Shown one piece after another: positions 46,150-56,999 of a DNA stretch of 64,000 bases. Source of the DNA: a virus (lineage: Duplodnaviria; Heunggongvirae; Uroviricota; Caudoviricetes); IMG/VR virus record IMGVR_UViG_3300030294_000676. The stretch is one strand, 5' to 3'. Within the stretch, counting starts at the first letter, position 1, and each line of letters begins with the position of its first letter. Under the pieces are notes generated by a model. It did not search any database. It had not been told where the DNA came from and saw nothing but the letters and a program-made list of their open reading frames with translations. A program made the position numbers and the translations under genes.

Positions 46150-46186
46150 CGAGGATGCTATAGAATCGTGATCCCATAGCATCCCT
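46150..46186 (-). terminator. 9-bp hairpin (ggatgctat / atagcatcc) after the stop of 46194..48347
   Basis: Hairpin at 46153..46184, followed on the minus strand by GUUUUAA. Confidence 0.4.
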
Positions 46187-46193
46187 ATTCTAT

Positions 46194-48347
46194 TTAGATA
46201 ATTGTTGAGATTTTCAACAACTTTTTCTTCTTATCAATACTTTTAAAAGCATTAGGTGATAACATTTCACAAGTTGTTCTATATAAACCACCTACTTTAC
46301 GTAATTTCTCTAATTGAACTTTTAATTCTTCAGTAGATAAAACTGTGGTTGGCTCAAAAAAAGGTTTAATGTGCTTAACTTCTTGTTTTTCATACTCATC
46401 TTTATTAATAAAGAAAGTTTGATTTCCAACAGATACTGGAATAGAATCTAAAGTTCTAGCAAAAGCTTCTGCTTCTCCTAAAGTTTTAAACCATTTTAAT
46501 CCAATAGAATCTTTATTTCCAGACCAATTCACACCTTTAAGATGAATTGCTTTAGGAGAATCAAATTTAAAACATGATTCACTAATACCAATTCCAATAT
46601 CACCTTTTTTCATAATAGATACACCTACAGGATCATTATCAATTGCAACAAAATAACCAAATTCACTAAGTTTTTCAATAATGATTTTATCAGGATGTTC
46701 TTTAGGAAGATATTGTTGAATTTCAGATAAATCAGTAATTAAAACTGGAGTATAATCTTTTAAACTTAAATATCCTTTTTTATCATGAAATTTAGAATCT
46801 GTATTTATATTTTCACCCCAAAACTGATAAGAATTTTCTAAATGTGAAAATTTACTAATCCAAACACCTAATTTATACCATTTACCAACTTCAAATCTAG
46901 ATACTTCTTTAGCCCAAACACCGTTATTAAATATCCTTGCACTAGCATTAGCACGTACAGGATTTGGATCAACAGGAATATAAATTTGAGTACTTTTATT
47001 ATTGAAACTAAGATTATAATTCTTAATATCAAAATCTAAAGTATTACGTAAATCAGTAAATCTTTTAAGAGGATATCTCTTTAGTATTTCTGTTTTAAAT
47101 AACTCATGAGAATCATATTCAGAAGTTGGAATTAAACCTTCTTCAGAAAATCCTTCAGATTCAAACCATTGTCCTTTATGAAATCCCCAAACAGAGTTTC
47201 TATGATACAAATGAACGATGTAATCTTTCTTTTTATACCATTGCCCCCAAGGTAAATCTTTTTTAATAGGTTCAACAAATGGAGTAGTATCTTCAGGAAT
47301 TTTTTCAGCCCATTTACCAGTATAAGCATTATAAATAATACCATTAGTGCCATTATCTTTAGTACCGATATTTCCACTACTATTAAATTTAGGAATATCT
47401 TTAACACATATACCTGTAATTGAAACTAAACCTGAAGTTGCAGAATTAAATTTAGTACCAATAGGATATTCTTTAATGGCACGTTCTAATAATGCAATTT
47501 TTGGATCTATAGGTTTTTCATCAGTTAAACGAGAAACTAATTCAAATTCCTCAAAAAATGTAGATGAATCACCAGCAAAACTAATTTTTTTACATTTTGA
47601 AAAATCAATATCAATTGTAAGAATTTCTCCAATTTTACGAGAAACATATCCATTTACATTACCAATACATTTTACTTTATCACCAATTTTAAGAGTTTCA
47701 TACCATTTAGGTTTATTGACTGAATAATTATTCTCTTTACACCAAACTTCAAATGATAAAATTTCATAAGAACTAGCTTTATTAGAAGTACTAAAAAATG
47801 AATTATTAGGAGAATTAATATCAATAATATCACCACACTCTCTATAACCAACTTTATCAATTCTTTTGAGCTTTGAAGCAGCAAAATCCCATTGTTGTTG
47901 ATTAGCACAGTGAACACCTTTAGGTTTATCAATAAATTCAGTAAGTTTACACATTTGTTCATAATTCATATCAAATTCAAACGTGTTGACACAAACTGCA
48001 CCAATTCTTGTTTTATTACAAATACGAACATTAATTTGTTCCATTTTTATAAAAACAAACTCTCTTTTAAGATAATTGATAATAACAATTGTTTTTTTGC
48101 TTTTTTCTTTTTCCCATTTTTTGATTGCTTTGTATTGTCCACGTCCAACAGTTATTCTTGGAATAACATCACAACCTTCTGGTGGAATAATATATAGCAG
48201 ATCACAGCCCAACATCTGCTCATTAGGATCAGCAGGATCATATTCAAATACGAGACATCCTCTTTTTTTAAGAATGTCTCGTATAATTTGAACATTAATC
48301 GGATTAGCAGATTTGGATGCTGAAAGAAATACTTTCAACTGTCCCAT
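46194..48347 (-). CDS. large repeat-containing protein (717 aa), paralogous to 59804..62461
   Basis: Shares YPIGTK motifs (AIKEYPIGTKF; ILKRYPLKRF), GKWAEK, and C-terminal KWFKTLGEAEAFARTL (compare KWFATKSEAEAFAKTQ in the 885-aa protein). Confidence 0.65.
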   Translation of the reverse strand: MGQLKVFLSASKSANPINVQIIRDILKKRGCLVFEYDPADPNEQMLGCDLLYIIPPEGCDVIPRITVGRGQYKAIKKWEKEKSKKTIVIINYLKREFVFIKMEQINVRICNKTRIGAVCVNTFEFDMNYEQMCKLTEFIDKPKGVHCANQQQWDFAASKLKRIDKVGYRECGDIIDINSPNNSFFSTSNKASSYEILSFEVWCKENNYSVNKPKWYETLKIGDKVKCIGNVNGYVSRKIGEILTIDIDFSKCKKISFAGDSSTFFEEFELVSRLTDEKPIDPKIALLERAIKEYPIGTKFNSATSGLVSITGICVKDIPKFNSSGNIGTKDNGTNGIIYNAYTGKWAEKIPEDTTPFVEPIKKDLPWGQWYKKKDYIVHLYHRNSVWGFHKGQWFESEGFSEEGLIPTSEYDSHELFKTEILKRYPLKRFTDLRNTLDFDIKNYNLSFNNKSTQIYIPVDPNPVRANASARIFNNGVWAKEVSRFEVGKWYKLGVWISKFSHLENSYQFWGENINTDSKFHDKKGYLSLKDYTPVLITDLSEIQQYLPKEHPDKIIIEKLSEFGYFVAIDNDPVGVSIMKKGDIGIGISESCFKFDSPKAIHLKGVNWSGNKDSIGLKWFKTLGEAEAFARTLDSIPVSVGNQTFFINKDEYEKQEVKHIKPFFEPTTVLSTEELKVQLEKLRKVGGLYRTTCEMLSPNAFKSIDKKKKLLKISTII

Positions 48348-48349
48348 AA

Positions 48350-48697
48350 CTACTCAGCTTTAGGTGCTTTTTCTTTACCTTCTGAAAACCAATTTGTATA
48401 AGTTTTCTTAGCGACTTTCAAGTCAACTTCAGCGGCAAGTAATTCCACTTCAAGATCGTGAAGTTCAGCAGCCCATTTTTCTGCGTTGAAACCTGGTTTT
48501 ACAACTTGTAGAGATAAAGTTGTTTCCGGTGATAAATCAGATAATTGAGTAATTTGACGTTTGATGTCACGAACTTTCTTTTCGTTGGCACGTACGATTT
48601 CTTCAGTAGCGATTTTACAATCTTCTGCTACGTCTTTGGCTCTTTGAGCTTGAATTGCTTCTGGCTTACCAGCCAACATTGCTTCAAATTTATTCAT
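48350..48697 (-). CDS. coiled-coil hypothetical protein (115 aa)
   Basis: ORF track. Confidence 0.55.
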   Translation of the reverse strand: MNKFEAMLAGKPEAIQAQRAKDVAEDCKIATEEIVRANEKKVRDIKRQITQLSDLSPETTLSLQVVKPGFNAEKWAAELHDLEVELLAAEVDLKVAKKTYTNWFSEGKEKAPKAE

Positions 48698-48706
48698 TGT
48701 TTTTAA

Positions 48707-49639
48707 TTATTTAAGAGAATTAATAATGTTTTCTTTTTTCGATTTAAACACTTGTTCTGTGTGATCAGATGTAAATCCGTATTCAGCAACTAAGTGAGGA
48801 CATTTCATAACCTTATTATACAAATTGTTAGGAAATGTATCTAACATAATATTGTTAGCTGCGGCAATAGTTTGACATTCTTTTTCAAGATTAAAATAGC
48901 CTTCACGTTGAGATTCAATAAAGTTACTTAGGTCTACATAGAATCGAGTAAATTGATCATAAGGAATTTGTTGATTTTCTTGCATCCATTTCCAGGTTAC
49001 ATTTTGACCATCTTTACGATTTTCCATAATGATTTTAGTTACTTGAATGAACATATCTTTGTCCATACCGGTAATCTTTTCTTTAGTTGAATAAGTTTTC
49101 CACATTTTATCAAAAAAACCTTTCTTTTCTTTAACCTTTTGGTCAAGAGCGTGTGTATAAGTTACATTTTGATTATAAACAACGGATGCTTTTTCAAAGT
49201 GACCATAAGCGATAGTACCAATCCAATATAGACCAAATATAATCACTAAACCAATAAAGTATTTCTTAACTGAAAACTTTTTATCGGGAACATCATCATC
49301 ATCATCTTCAATTATATTATCTGTAAACGGTCCATCTTCACCTGTTCCATTACAGATCAGTTGAATTACATACAACATACAAGCAACACCTGAGAAGATG
49401 TACCAAACGATGTTAAACATGATATGAAATGCCCCAAAGGAACCATTTAAATCATGAGGGAATTCCATGTAATAAGTTAAACACGAAATAAAAAGAATCA
49501 CTGAACATATCAATCCACCTAATAAGGCAAATTGACCTTTTGTAAATTTTGTTTTCATTGTTTTTGTTTTGTTTTGTTTTGATTTAAAAATTGAAATGCA
49601 TTCCATAGCCTTACATAGTGGCAGTATAAAGAGTTTCAC
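48707..49639 (-). CDS. membrane protein (310 aa)
   Basis: Several transmembrane helices in the N-terminal half. Confidence 0.6.
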   Translation of the reverse strand: MKLFILPLCKAMECISIFKSKQNKTKTMKTKFTKGQFALLGGLICSVILFISCLTYYMEFPHDLNGSFGAFHIMFNIVWYIFSGVACMLYVIQLICNGTGEDGPFTDNIIEDDDDDVPDKKFSVKKYFIGLVIIFGLYWIGTIAYGHFEKASVVYNQNVTYTHALDQKVKEKKGFFDKMWKTYSTKEKITGMDKDMFIQVTKIIMENRKDGQNVTWKWMQENQQIPYDQFTRFYVDLSNFIESQREGYFNLEKECQTIAAANNIMLDTFPNNLYNKVMKCPHLVAEYGFTSDHTEQVFKSKKENIINSLK

Positions 49640-49709
49640 CTATATACCAAACCATCCACTATTCAGAGGGTTCCTATATGCTAACCGAGAGTTACGCGCT
49701 TCCTTTCAA

Positions 49710-50039
49710 TTAAATTTCGACAGCTAAATACATATTAAGTAAGGATTGATGTCCATTACCTAATGATCCAACTGGTCGTGTATTATTTTGTAAATCAATA
49801 TACGAGAATTTACCGGATGTTTCATCATATAATAATGATACAATGTTTAATCCATCTTCTTTAAGTTTTTCAGTTAATCCTGCTGAAAGATCTTTAACAG
49901 TCATTGCAAAATTCTGAATAGTAAGACAATGAAGTAAATCAAATAACATACAATGTTTAAGAATTTCACCTTTTGGTAATACTTTAAATAATGTAAGAAT
50001 TGATTCCATTGCAGTAAATAATCGAGTTGTGGTTGACAT
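49710..50039 (-). CDS. hypothetical protein (109 aa)
   Basis: ORF track. Confidence 0.5.
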   Translation of the reverse strand: MSTTTRLFTAMESILTLFKVLPKGEILKHCMLFDLLHCLTIQNFAMTVKDLSAGLTEKLKEDGLNIVSLLYDETSGKFSYIDLQNNTRPVGSLGNGHQSLLNMYLAVEI

Positions 50040-50107
50040 GTATTTTGGATAGGTGCCCTCTTTAACATCAGCATTATATGTTACAAGAAGTTCTTTAACT
50101 TTGCCTT

Positions 50108-50452
50108 CTACAATACGACAACTAAATGTTCCATTTTCAAAAACACAGTCATTTTACCTGATATTTCTTCAGGATTAATAAACGTATGATTGAATATAAA
50201 TTGACACAAATCTTCACCAGTTTCACCAATATAACCTAAGTCAGCAAACATTCCTGAATACTTACCTAAATCAATAAATGTAAACATTGAAGAAAAATAT
50301 ACAATTTTATTAATCATTGTTTTACCTGAACCATTTTCACCACACATTAAAGACAATGATCTTAATTCCATTGTACTTATATGCATTTTTAATGGTTGAT
50401 CAAGCTCGCATTCAATGTTACGAGCTTGACCTAATGCTGTTTTGTCAACCAT
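50108..50452 (-). CDS. hypothetical protein (114 aa)
   Basis: ORF track. Confidence 0.5.
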   Translation of the reverse strand: MVDKTALGQARNIECELDQPLKMHISTMELRSLSLMCGENGSGKTMINKIVYFSSMFTFIDLGKYSGMFADLGYIGETGEDLCQFIFNHTFINPEEISGKMTVFLKMEHLVVVL

Positions 50453-50826
50453 TACTTACGTAATTTTTCCAATTCTTCAATTGAAAGACCTTCACGAGCT
50501 TCACCTTGTTTCTTAGCAATAAGGGCATCGATTTCAGCATTATGTTTTTTGACATCAGCAGCAGTTTTACGTGCTTCTTGTTCTGCAACAAGGGTATCAA
50601 GAACATCGCTTACAATAGCTAATTTCAATTTTAAAATTTCAGTATCTTTTGATTTAACTTGAGTAGCTCTACGAGAGGTCTTTTCAAGTTTTGATACTTC
50701 TTCTTGAAGTAATTCTTCTGTGTTAATAAGGTCATTAACATTAGCAGACCATAACTGCTCAACTGATAATAAACCTACGCCAATAACGGCGATACGTAAT
50801 TTTGCTTTACTCGCTTGTTTGTACAT
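50452..50826 (-). CDS. coiled-coil hypothetical protein (124 aa)
   Basis: ORF track. Confidence 0.55.
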   Translation of the reverse strand: MYKQASKAKLRIAVIGVGLLSVEQLWSANVNDLINTEELLQEEVSKLEKTSRRATQVKSKDTEILKLKLAIVSDVLDTLVAEQEARKTAADVKKHNAEIDALIAKKQGEAREGLSIEELEKLRK

Positions 50827-51015
50827 AAGCTTTTTTGTTTTAATTAATAATTGTGTATTTTAAAAAATGGTGTGTATTTTCACTCACATCTAATATAACC
50901 CTAAGAAGATTACTAAGTTAATGTGTGAGTATCGATCAATTGTTTCCAATTGGCTGAATCCAGCAGCGACGTCTTCCCGTTTTATACACATACGCGTTTT
51001 TACCATTTTATTTTG

Positions 51016-51101
51016 TATGGATAAAAGGATTTGAACCTCCGACCTCCGGCTAATGTTTTTGTCTTGCTGCCGACGCTCTAACCAGGCTGAGCTATATCCA
51101 A
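51016..51101 (-). ncRNA. tRNA-like RNA with canonical acceptor, D-arm, variable loop and T-arm, but an expanded 18-nt anticodon loop
   Basis: TTGGATA-TA-GCTC-AGCCTGGTT-AGAGC-G-TCGGC-[AGCAAGACAAAAACATTA]-GCCGG-AGGTC-GGAGG-TTCAAAT-CCTTT-TATCCAT. Confidence 0.45.
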
Positions 51102-51270
51102 AGGGTTTTTATGCTTCAGAGTACTTCTTACCCATTTGTACCATAAGTACGCAATCGGTATTAGTTACTCCATTAGCAATCGCGTGAGCGGATACATTAG
51201 ATCCTGATGCAACATATGCATTGTAAAAATCAACTAATTGTTTTTTCATTTGTTTGAATTATTTTAGAAT

Positions 51271-51486
51271 TTAATTTTTAAGTTCACTATATGTTGCAAC
51301 TCCATCTTTAATGGTTACTACAACTTTAATATCAATTCCTCTTACTCCTTCTTCAGTAGTAAGTTCGTAATTTTTGCCATTGAATTTAATATCAATAACA
51401 TAACCACCCCAAGTTCCACTATAAATTCCATCAGGAAGTGTTACTTCCTGTGGAACTTTTACTGTTATTTTTGTGATTTTTCCCAT
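51271..51486 (-). CDS. hypothetical protein (about 71 aa; start moved to an internal Met)
   Basis: The ORF-track start at 51561 overlaps the upstream 718-aa gene. The internal ATG at 51484-51486 lies just after that gene's stop. Confidence 0.45.
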   Translation of the reverse strand: MGKITKITVKVPQEVTLPDGIYSGTWGGYVIDIKFNGKNYELTTEEGVRGIDIKVVVTIKDGVATYSELKN

Positions 51487-51487
51487 C

Positions 51488-53644
51488 TTAAAACTTAATT
51501 TTAAGCATACGTTTAAATGAACCTTGTACTTTGACAATAAGTTCATCACGAACAGTTGCATTGAAACCTAAACCAGATAACTGCTTATCTGCCGGTGCTA
51601 TCATAGTGGTGTTACCCAATACTTCAAGTACTTTACGATGTTCTGCTAATTCAGGTATTAAGTTCTCTGCGTGGAAACTACGAATAGAAGATGGAGATTT
51701 ACATTTGTCTAACATGAAGAAGTAATGTTTGTTTCCAACATTATTATCTCCCCAATGATTCGGACTCAAGCAAACTAAGTTTACTTTATGAAATTCATTG
51801 GTTTGTATATTGTAAAGTTCTCTTGAACCATTAACTGGTTCAATTTTATGATCAATAGTAAATTTACCATTTTTCAATGTAACTTCAGCAATAGTAACCC
51901 ATTGATGACATTTAGTTGCAGGATATTCATATTGAAAGATTTCTCCATCAAATTCAATTTCTGCTTTACCACGACCACCTGTTGTTCTAAAATTCCAATT
52001 ATGAATTTTACAAATATACTTACCTTCTGGCATTTTGTTAATGTCAGGAAAAGTAATATTCTCAACAGGAATATATCCTGCTGGGGCTGCTGAAGTATAA
52101 TCAACATCTTGAACGCCACCAGATTGACTATCAGTACGATTATTCCAACCAACACGTCGTCCAGAACCATATGTATTATGAACAATATCATCGGCACGAT
52201 GAGAATTACCAGGCATGAATACATGTAAATCCATTAATGATTGATTAGGTTCTAGTTCATTCCAAGAATGACTAAAACGAAATACACCATCAACACGACC
52301 ACCTGATGCAGAAACTGCTTCACGTAACTGAGATTTACCAGCTAAATTACCATTGAACGTCCAACTATAGTTGTTATCCCATTTAAATATTGACTTAGAA
52401 TCCGGATTATTAGCAGTAGTTAATGACACCATATTACCACCGTGATTGTTTGCTAAGAAAGCTTCAACTGATATACAAGCAGGAAGGATATCCTTCATAA
52501 ATGATTCAATAGATACTTCTTTAACATCATCAAACTCGCTACGTTTGTGACGAGTTGACACAGCCGGTTTAACAGAATCAAAAATTGATACAGATGGAAT
52601 ACTACCATCACCTACATTACTATGGAGAATTTCAGCAACTTTGATGTCGTCGAGAATTGCAAAACGTCGATTAAACGATTCAGTGTATCCGTTATTTTCC
52701 ACAAACTTTTGAGCTTCCTCAATTTGTTTCTTAGTAATAGGTGCGACAGCTTTCATATAGTTAGCCGGATCAACACGTTTGTTCCAAGATTGGACAGCAG
52801 CATTTAACTCTTTACCTTCTGATAACTCCGAGCATAACACTCCAAGTAACTCATTTCTGAATTTTGCAATAGGTAAATTGTAAGATTTTATCCAACACCA
52901 TGCAGCACGTTTGTTAGCAGCAAGAGCATCATATTCTTTTTTCAAAGGTATGAATTGCTCAACTTTATACAAATGTGTTTGACCATCAAGTAATGAACCT
53001 TGAATAATCAAATCTTTTACAAGATTCAATGTATCAATGTGAATTTCTTGCATGGCGCGTTCAAATACTTCTTTCGAAGATCTGAAATCAGCCATAATTG
53101 TTGCACTTGACTTACCAGTCTTATCAACATACATAGCTGGAATATCCAGGTGCATATGATTGAATGTAACTACTTCGTTAGGTTTAACAACACCGAATTT
53201 TTCAGCTTCTTCTCTGGTATAACGTTTATCGTTTTTGTCAATACCTAAACGAAACTTAGTAAGAGTTTTCTTACATTGTTCATAAGGTAATGAATTCAAT
53301 TCATCATACGTTTCCGTGAAAATGTTTGCTATTGGAGCTTTACTTAAAGCAGCAGACAACGCGATTGTTACAGGTAAGAATTCACCAGGGCCTTCAAAAT
53401 CAAATAATGAAAGAATTCCATTAGCTGGTGTGATTGCTACGATATTACCGTAACGACGAAGGAAATTCTTACACAAATTACAATTGTGTTCAGAACTTTC
53501 CGGATCTCTAAACATAGGATCATCTTCAAATGATTTGAGATATAAATCCCACACTTGATCACCCGTCATTTCAGACCTGAAAAGTTTACCCACTTCACAC
53601 ATTAGTGCAAGTTGGGCTTGAAGTTGTTTGTTAAAATTTAACAT
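51488..53644 (-). CDS. large hypothetical protein (718 aa)
   Basis: Long intact ORF. No catalytic motif recognised by eye. Confidence 0.65.
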   Translation of the reverse strand: MLNFNKQLQAQLALMCEVGKLFRSEMTGDQVWDLYLKSFEDDPMFRDPESSEHNCNLCKNFLRRYGNIVAITPANGILSLFDFEGPGEFLPVTIALSAALSKAPIANIFTETYDELNSLPYEQCKKTLTKFRLGIDKNDKRYTREEAEKFGVVKPNEVVTFNHMHLDIPAMYVDKTGKSSATIMADFRSSKEVFERAMQEIHIDTLNLVKDLIIQGSLLDGQTHLYKVEQFIPLKKEYDALAANKRAAWCWIKSYNLPIAKFRNELLGVLCSELSEGKELNAAVQSWNKRVDPANYMKAVAPITKKQIEEAQKFVENNGYTESFNRRFAILDDIKVAEILHSNVGDGSIPSVSIFDSVKPAVSTRHKRSEFDDVKEVSIESFMKDILPACISVEAFLANNHGGNMVSLTTANNPDSKSIFKWDNNYSWTFNGNLAGKSQLREAVSASGGRVDGVFRFSHSWNELEPNQSLMDLHVFMPGNSHRADDIVHNTYGSGRRVGWNNRTDSQSGGVQDVDYTSAAPAGYIPVENITFPDINKMPEGKYICKIHNWNFRTTGGRGKAEIEFDGEIFQYEYPATKCHQWVTIAEVTLKNGKFTIDHKIEPVNGSRELYNIQTNEFHKVNLVCLSPNHWGDNNVGNKHYFFMLDKCKSPSSIRSFHAENLIPELAEHRKVLEVLGNTTMIAPADKQLSGLGFNATVRDELIVKVQGSFKRMLKIKF

Positions 53645-53648
53645 GATT

Positions 53649-53855
53649 TTACTTGTTACGAGTTAATCGATTTTTTAACGTTTCAAGTTCTTTTTGAATA
53701 CGTGCACGATCAGCATCAGTAAGTGGTACAATACCAGCAGTTTTAGTTTGCTTAGTACCAGCTTTTAACTGTGTTTCCAATCTTTCGATTACTGATTTGC
53801 GACGTATAATTACTTTCAACTCCATTGAGTGGTTAACTCCATTCTTCTTCTTCAT
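53649..53855 (-). CDS. hypothetical basic protein (68 aa)
   Basis: ORF track. Confidence 0.5.
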   Translation of the reverse strand: MKKKNGVNHSMELKVIIRRKSVIERLETQLKAGTKQTKTAGIVPLTDADRARIQKELETLKNRLTRNK

Positions 53856-54237
53856 AAGAACTTCTTTGTTAATTTATTAATAATATTGATTTGTTTTGAA
53901 AAAACCTATTAGCACAAAGTCCTTTCGGTATCTCTGACTTCAAAGACAGGCTAGGACTCGAACCTATATCTCACTTTCATGTATGCTATTGTAGCGACTC
54001 TACAGCTACTCCATTTACTTAACCACATGCCCAACTAATAAGTTTAAAAAAAGAATTGTCAATCCTTTCCAAAGAGATTGAAATTATATTAACCATAAAA
54101 ATAATATATCTATAACTCTAATATTTGATCTATGGAATTAATGAACTCATACCATTTCAAGTATAATGCTAAGGTGAGGACTTTGGTTTCTCACAATATT
54201 TATTCACGATCAACTAATTAGCAATTCTCTTATTTGT

Positions 54238-55344
54238 TTACTGAATGATATGAGGTACAAAATACGACATGTTGTCAGTAATTCTTGACGATGTTTCACG
54301 GATACCAAAACCACAAGACTCTCCACCAATAACCCACGATCCTAAGATCGGATACATTCCATCAAAAGACGGTATATCAACAAGTTCTTGGAAGATAAAT
54401 CCTTCTTCTCCATATTCACCTTCAGTTTCTTCAAGAACTTCACCATTTTTTACAAGGGTTACGTTAGCACCTTCTCTTGAGAATATTGGTTTTTTACAAT
54501 AGTTACCAGGAAGCGGTTGATCAGAAGCTTTTAATACGTATGGAGAATTAGGAAACAATTTGGCTACAATAGTAAGTAAATACTTGTTGCTCATAACGGC
54601 TTTCCAAAGAGGTTCGATGAATGTTGTTGCACATACAGGAATAGTTTTTCCAAACTCTTCGTTGAACATCCATTCATATGGATACAATTTAAAAAGAACA
54701 TCAAGGTTATTACCATCAGCGTCAGTAAACAATTCATCATTCGAATGAATTTCTTCAACATCCATCAACGTTACATTCAATCCAGCTTCAGCAGCAGTTG
54801 ATAGTATGTATGCAGTGGTAGTATGATCTTCAAGATTTTCTTTACCACATGCAAAATAATACATATCCGATTGATATTGTGTATGAATGTCTTTCCAACT
54901 TTGAATAAGGGCTTCATGAATTGAATTGAACTGATCATTACCAGGATATACTTCTTCTTTCCACATCCATTGTACAATGGCTGCTTCAAATAGAGATGTC
55001 GGGGTATCAGCATTAAATTCAAGACATTTTGGAACACCATTGATAAATGCAAAATCAAAGCGACCATACAGTGACAATTCATCACTATTCCACGAGTCAA
55101 CGATTACTGGAATCATTTCAGCGGGGATATGTAATTTGTCCCAAAGATTATTATCAATAACATGTTGTACGGCAGCACAATACATTTGATAACATTCAAC
55201 AGTTGCTTTTTCAATTTCTTCAATTTCTTTTGATGAAAAAGAATACACGGCATTTTCGAGCCAATAGTTTTCATTGAATTCGAAACCTAAATCAGATAAT
55301 TTTTGTTTATAATCTGATCTAGGATTTATTTTAAGTCTAATCAT
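54238..55344 (-). CDS. glutathionylspermidine synthase-like (pre-ATP-grasp) protein
   Basis: GRFDFAFINGVPKCLEFNADTPTSLFEAAI matches the GSP-synthetase family signature (RFDF...L.EYNADTPT). Confidence 0.7.
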   Translation of the reverse strand: MIRLKINPRSDYKQKLSDLGFEFNENYWLENAVYSFSSKEIEEIEKATVECYQMYCAAVQHVIDNNLWDKLHIPAEMIPVIVDSWNSDELSLYGRFDFAFINGVPKCLEFNADTPTSLFEAAIVQWMWKEEVYPGNDQFNSIHEALIQSWKDIHTQYQSDMYYFACGKENLEDHTTTAYILSTAAEAGLNVTLMDVEEIHSNDELFTDADGNNLDVLFKLYPYEWMFNEEFGKTIPVCATTFIEPLWKAVMSNKYLLTIVAKLFPNSPYVLKASDQPLPGNYCKKPIFSREGANVTLVKNGEVLEETEGEYGEEGFIFQELVDIPSFDGMYPILGSWVIGGESCGFGIRETSSRITDNMSYFVPHIIQ

Positions 55345-55420
55345 TTTATGTTTTGTAAATGTTTTTGTTAAATAATTGAGGGATTTAACAATGTAAATCC
55401 CTCATTTTCTTTATCGAAAA

Positions 55421-55831
55421 TCAACCACCGAAACCGTGACCACCACCGAAGCTATGACCTGATGATCCAAATCCACCTGAGCGAGATGATGAACCAGTAC
55501 TATGTGAACCACTGAACATTGATGAACGAGTTGGTGCTGCAGTACGGAAAGCCGGTACAGATGACGGACGAGTAATTACATGATTTGCAGAATTACGATA
55601 AGTTCCAGAAGAAGGATAATAATGGGTTACACCTGAAGGACGACCGTTCATAGATGAATAAATCATCCAATAACCAGCGCTATTCCATACAGAGCGATTA
55701 CCACTTTCATCATAGTATTCTTGCCCCGCTGTTGGTGACATAGGATACCCTGAATTTCTTCTACAAGAAGTTGCGCTTCCTGCTACCGCTAAAGCTACTA
55801 AAGCGGCAAAAATTGCATGCGTTTTTTTCAT
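55421..55831 (-). CDS. lipoprotein with Gly/Ser-rich C-terminus (136 aa)
   Basis: Lipobox signal peptide MKKTHAIFAALVALAVAGSATSC, then ...SRSGGFGSSGHSFGGGHGFGG. Confidence 0.6.
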   Translation of the reverse strand: MKKTHAIFAALVALAVAGSATSCRRNSGYPMSPTAGQEYYDESGNRSVWNSAGYWMIYSSMNGRPSGVTHYYPSSGTYRNSANHVITRPSSVPAFRTAAPTRSSMFSGSHSTGSSSRSGGFGSSGHSFGGGHGFGG

Positions 55832-55862
55832 AAAAACTTTATTTAATTAAACTTAGAATTTT

Positions 55863-56999
55863 TTATTTAATAATGAAAAGATCACATCGTCTATTAGGAC
55901 GATATTTCATTTTTGGATCATTAAGTTTACCACGTCCATCAGTACAAATCCTTTTAGGATCTATTCTCCAGATTTCAACCAACTCTTTTTTAACACGAGC
56001 AACACGTTTGTCACTTAGTTTAAAATTGTAAGGTTCGTTACCAATATAATCACAATAACCTAAAATATCAACTTTAAATTTAGGATTATCTTGTAGAATT
56101 TCTGCAAATTTAGATATAGTAATAAGAGCCCAATCATCAAGATCAGCTTTATCAAAATCAAAATATACTGCGGGAATGTCTTCAACAAGAATATTAGTAT
56201 CTTTGATACAAGTATTTTCTGTCCGGTTTAACACATAAGAAGTTAAAGTATCCAATTTATCCGATTGTTTTTTAACCTTTTTATTAAGATCATAAACACG
56301 TGCAGATACTTTTGATAATTCTAATTGTAATGTATTATCTTTAACAGGATAACGTTTAGGGTTAAATTTATATGAAATAAATATAGTTCCTAAACCTACT
56401 CGGTCATTAGTAACACCTTTCCATCCATGTAATCCTTCTAAGTTATCTTTATTAAAACATATATAAGATACCTTAGCGCCAACATCAATCCGATCTGAAG
56501 CATTATACTTCAGAGAAATTGATGTTGGCATGGTAACGGCATTGCCGTATGAATCAGGTAATGAATGAAATCCATATTTATAATATGCATAACCAATTCC
56601 TATAGACCCATTAACAGTCCATTTAGTTTTAGTATATGGAAACATTAAATGTGTAAAATCAACAGTACCATTAATAGCTATTGTAGATATTTTAGTTGTA
56701 ACATTAATCAAAGAACTTTGAGCTAATGGTATAATATAATATTGAGTATTAGCATTAATAGGTACATAATATCCATTTAAACTTAAACCATATACTGGAG
56801 TTAGTTTATATTCAATATTACCACCAATTGTAGGATTCCAATTTGAGGTTGGAAATGTGTTTACAAGAGCTTGATTGATGTCACCATCAAAACGATTAAC
56901 ACCAGCTTCTACTGTTGCAGTCCATTTGGAATACATTGGTTTAAAAGCGAACATACTCATACTTAATGAGAGTAATACAATGATTAAAACTTTTTTCAT
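55863..56999 (-). CDS. OmpA-family outer-membrane protein (beta-barrel plus C-terminal OmpA peptidoglycan-binding domain)
   Basis: Signal peptide MKKVLIIVLLSLSMSMFA. Alternating-hydrophobic beta-strand N-terminal half. C-terminal ILGYCDYIGNEPYNFKLSDKRVARVKKEL...TDGRGK matches the OmpA_C motif (GHTD..G...YN..LS..RA..V). Confidence 0.7.
   Translation of the reverse strand: MKKVLIIVLLSLSMSMFAFKPMYSKWTATVEAGVNRFDGDINQALVNTFPTSNWNPTIGGNIEYKLTPVYGLSLNGYYVPINANTQYYIIPLAQSSLINVTTKISTIAINGTVDFTHLMFPYTKTKWTVNGSIGIGYAYYKYGFHSLPDSYGNAVTMPTSISLKYNASDRIDVGAKVSYICFNKDNLEGLHGWKGVTNDRVGLGTIFISYKFNPKRYPVKDNTLQLELSKVSARVYDLNKKVKKQSDKLDTLTSYVLNRTENTCIKDTNILVEDIPAVYFDFDKADLDDWALITISKFAEILQDNPKFKVDILGYCDYIGNEPYNFKLSDKRVARVKKELVEIWRIDPKRICTDGRGKLNDPKMKYRPNRRCDLFIIK

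Noticed and set aside
51488-53644. Assigning the 718-aa protein a specific function (polymerase, helicase or RNR)
   Set aside because: No Walker motifs, polymerase motifs or radical-binding signatures were recognisable by eye. Left as hypothetical.
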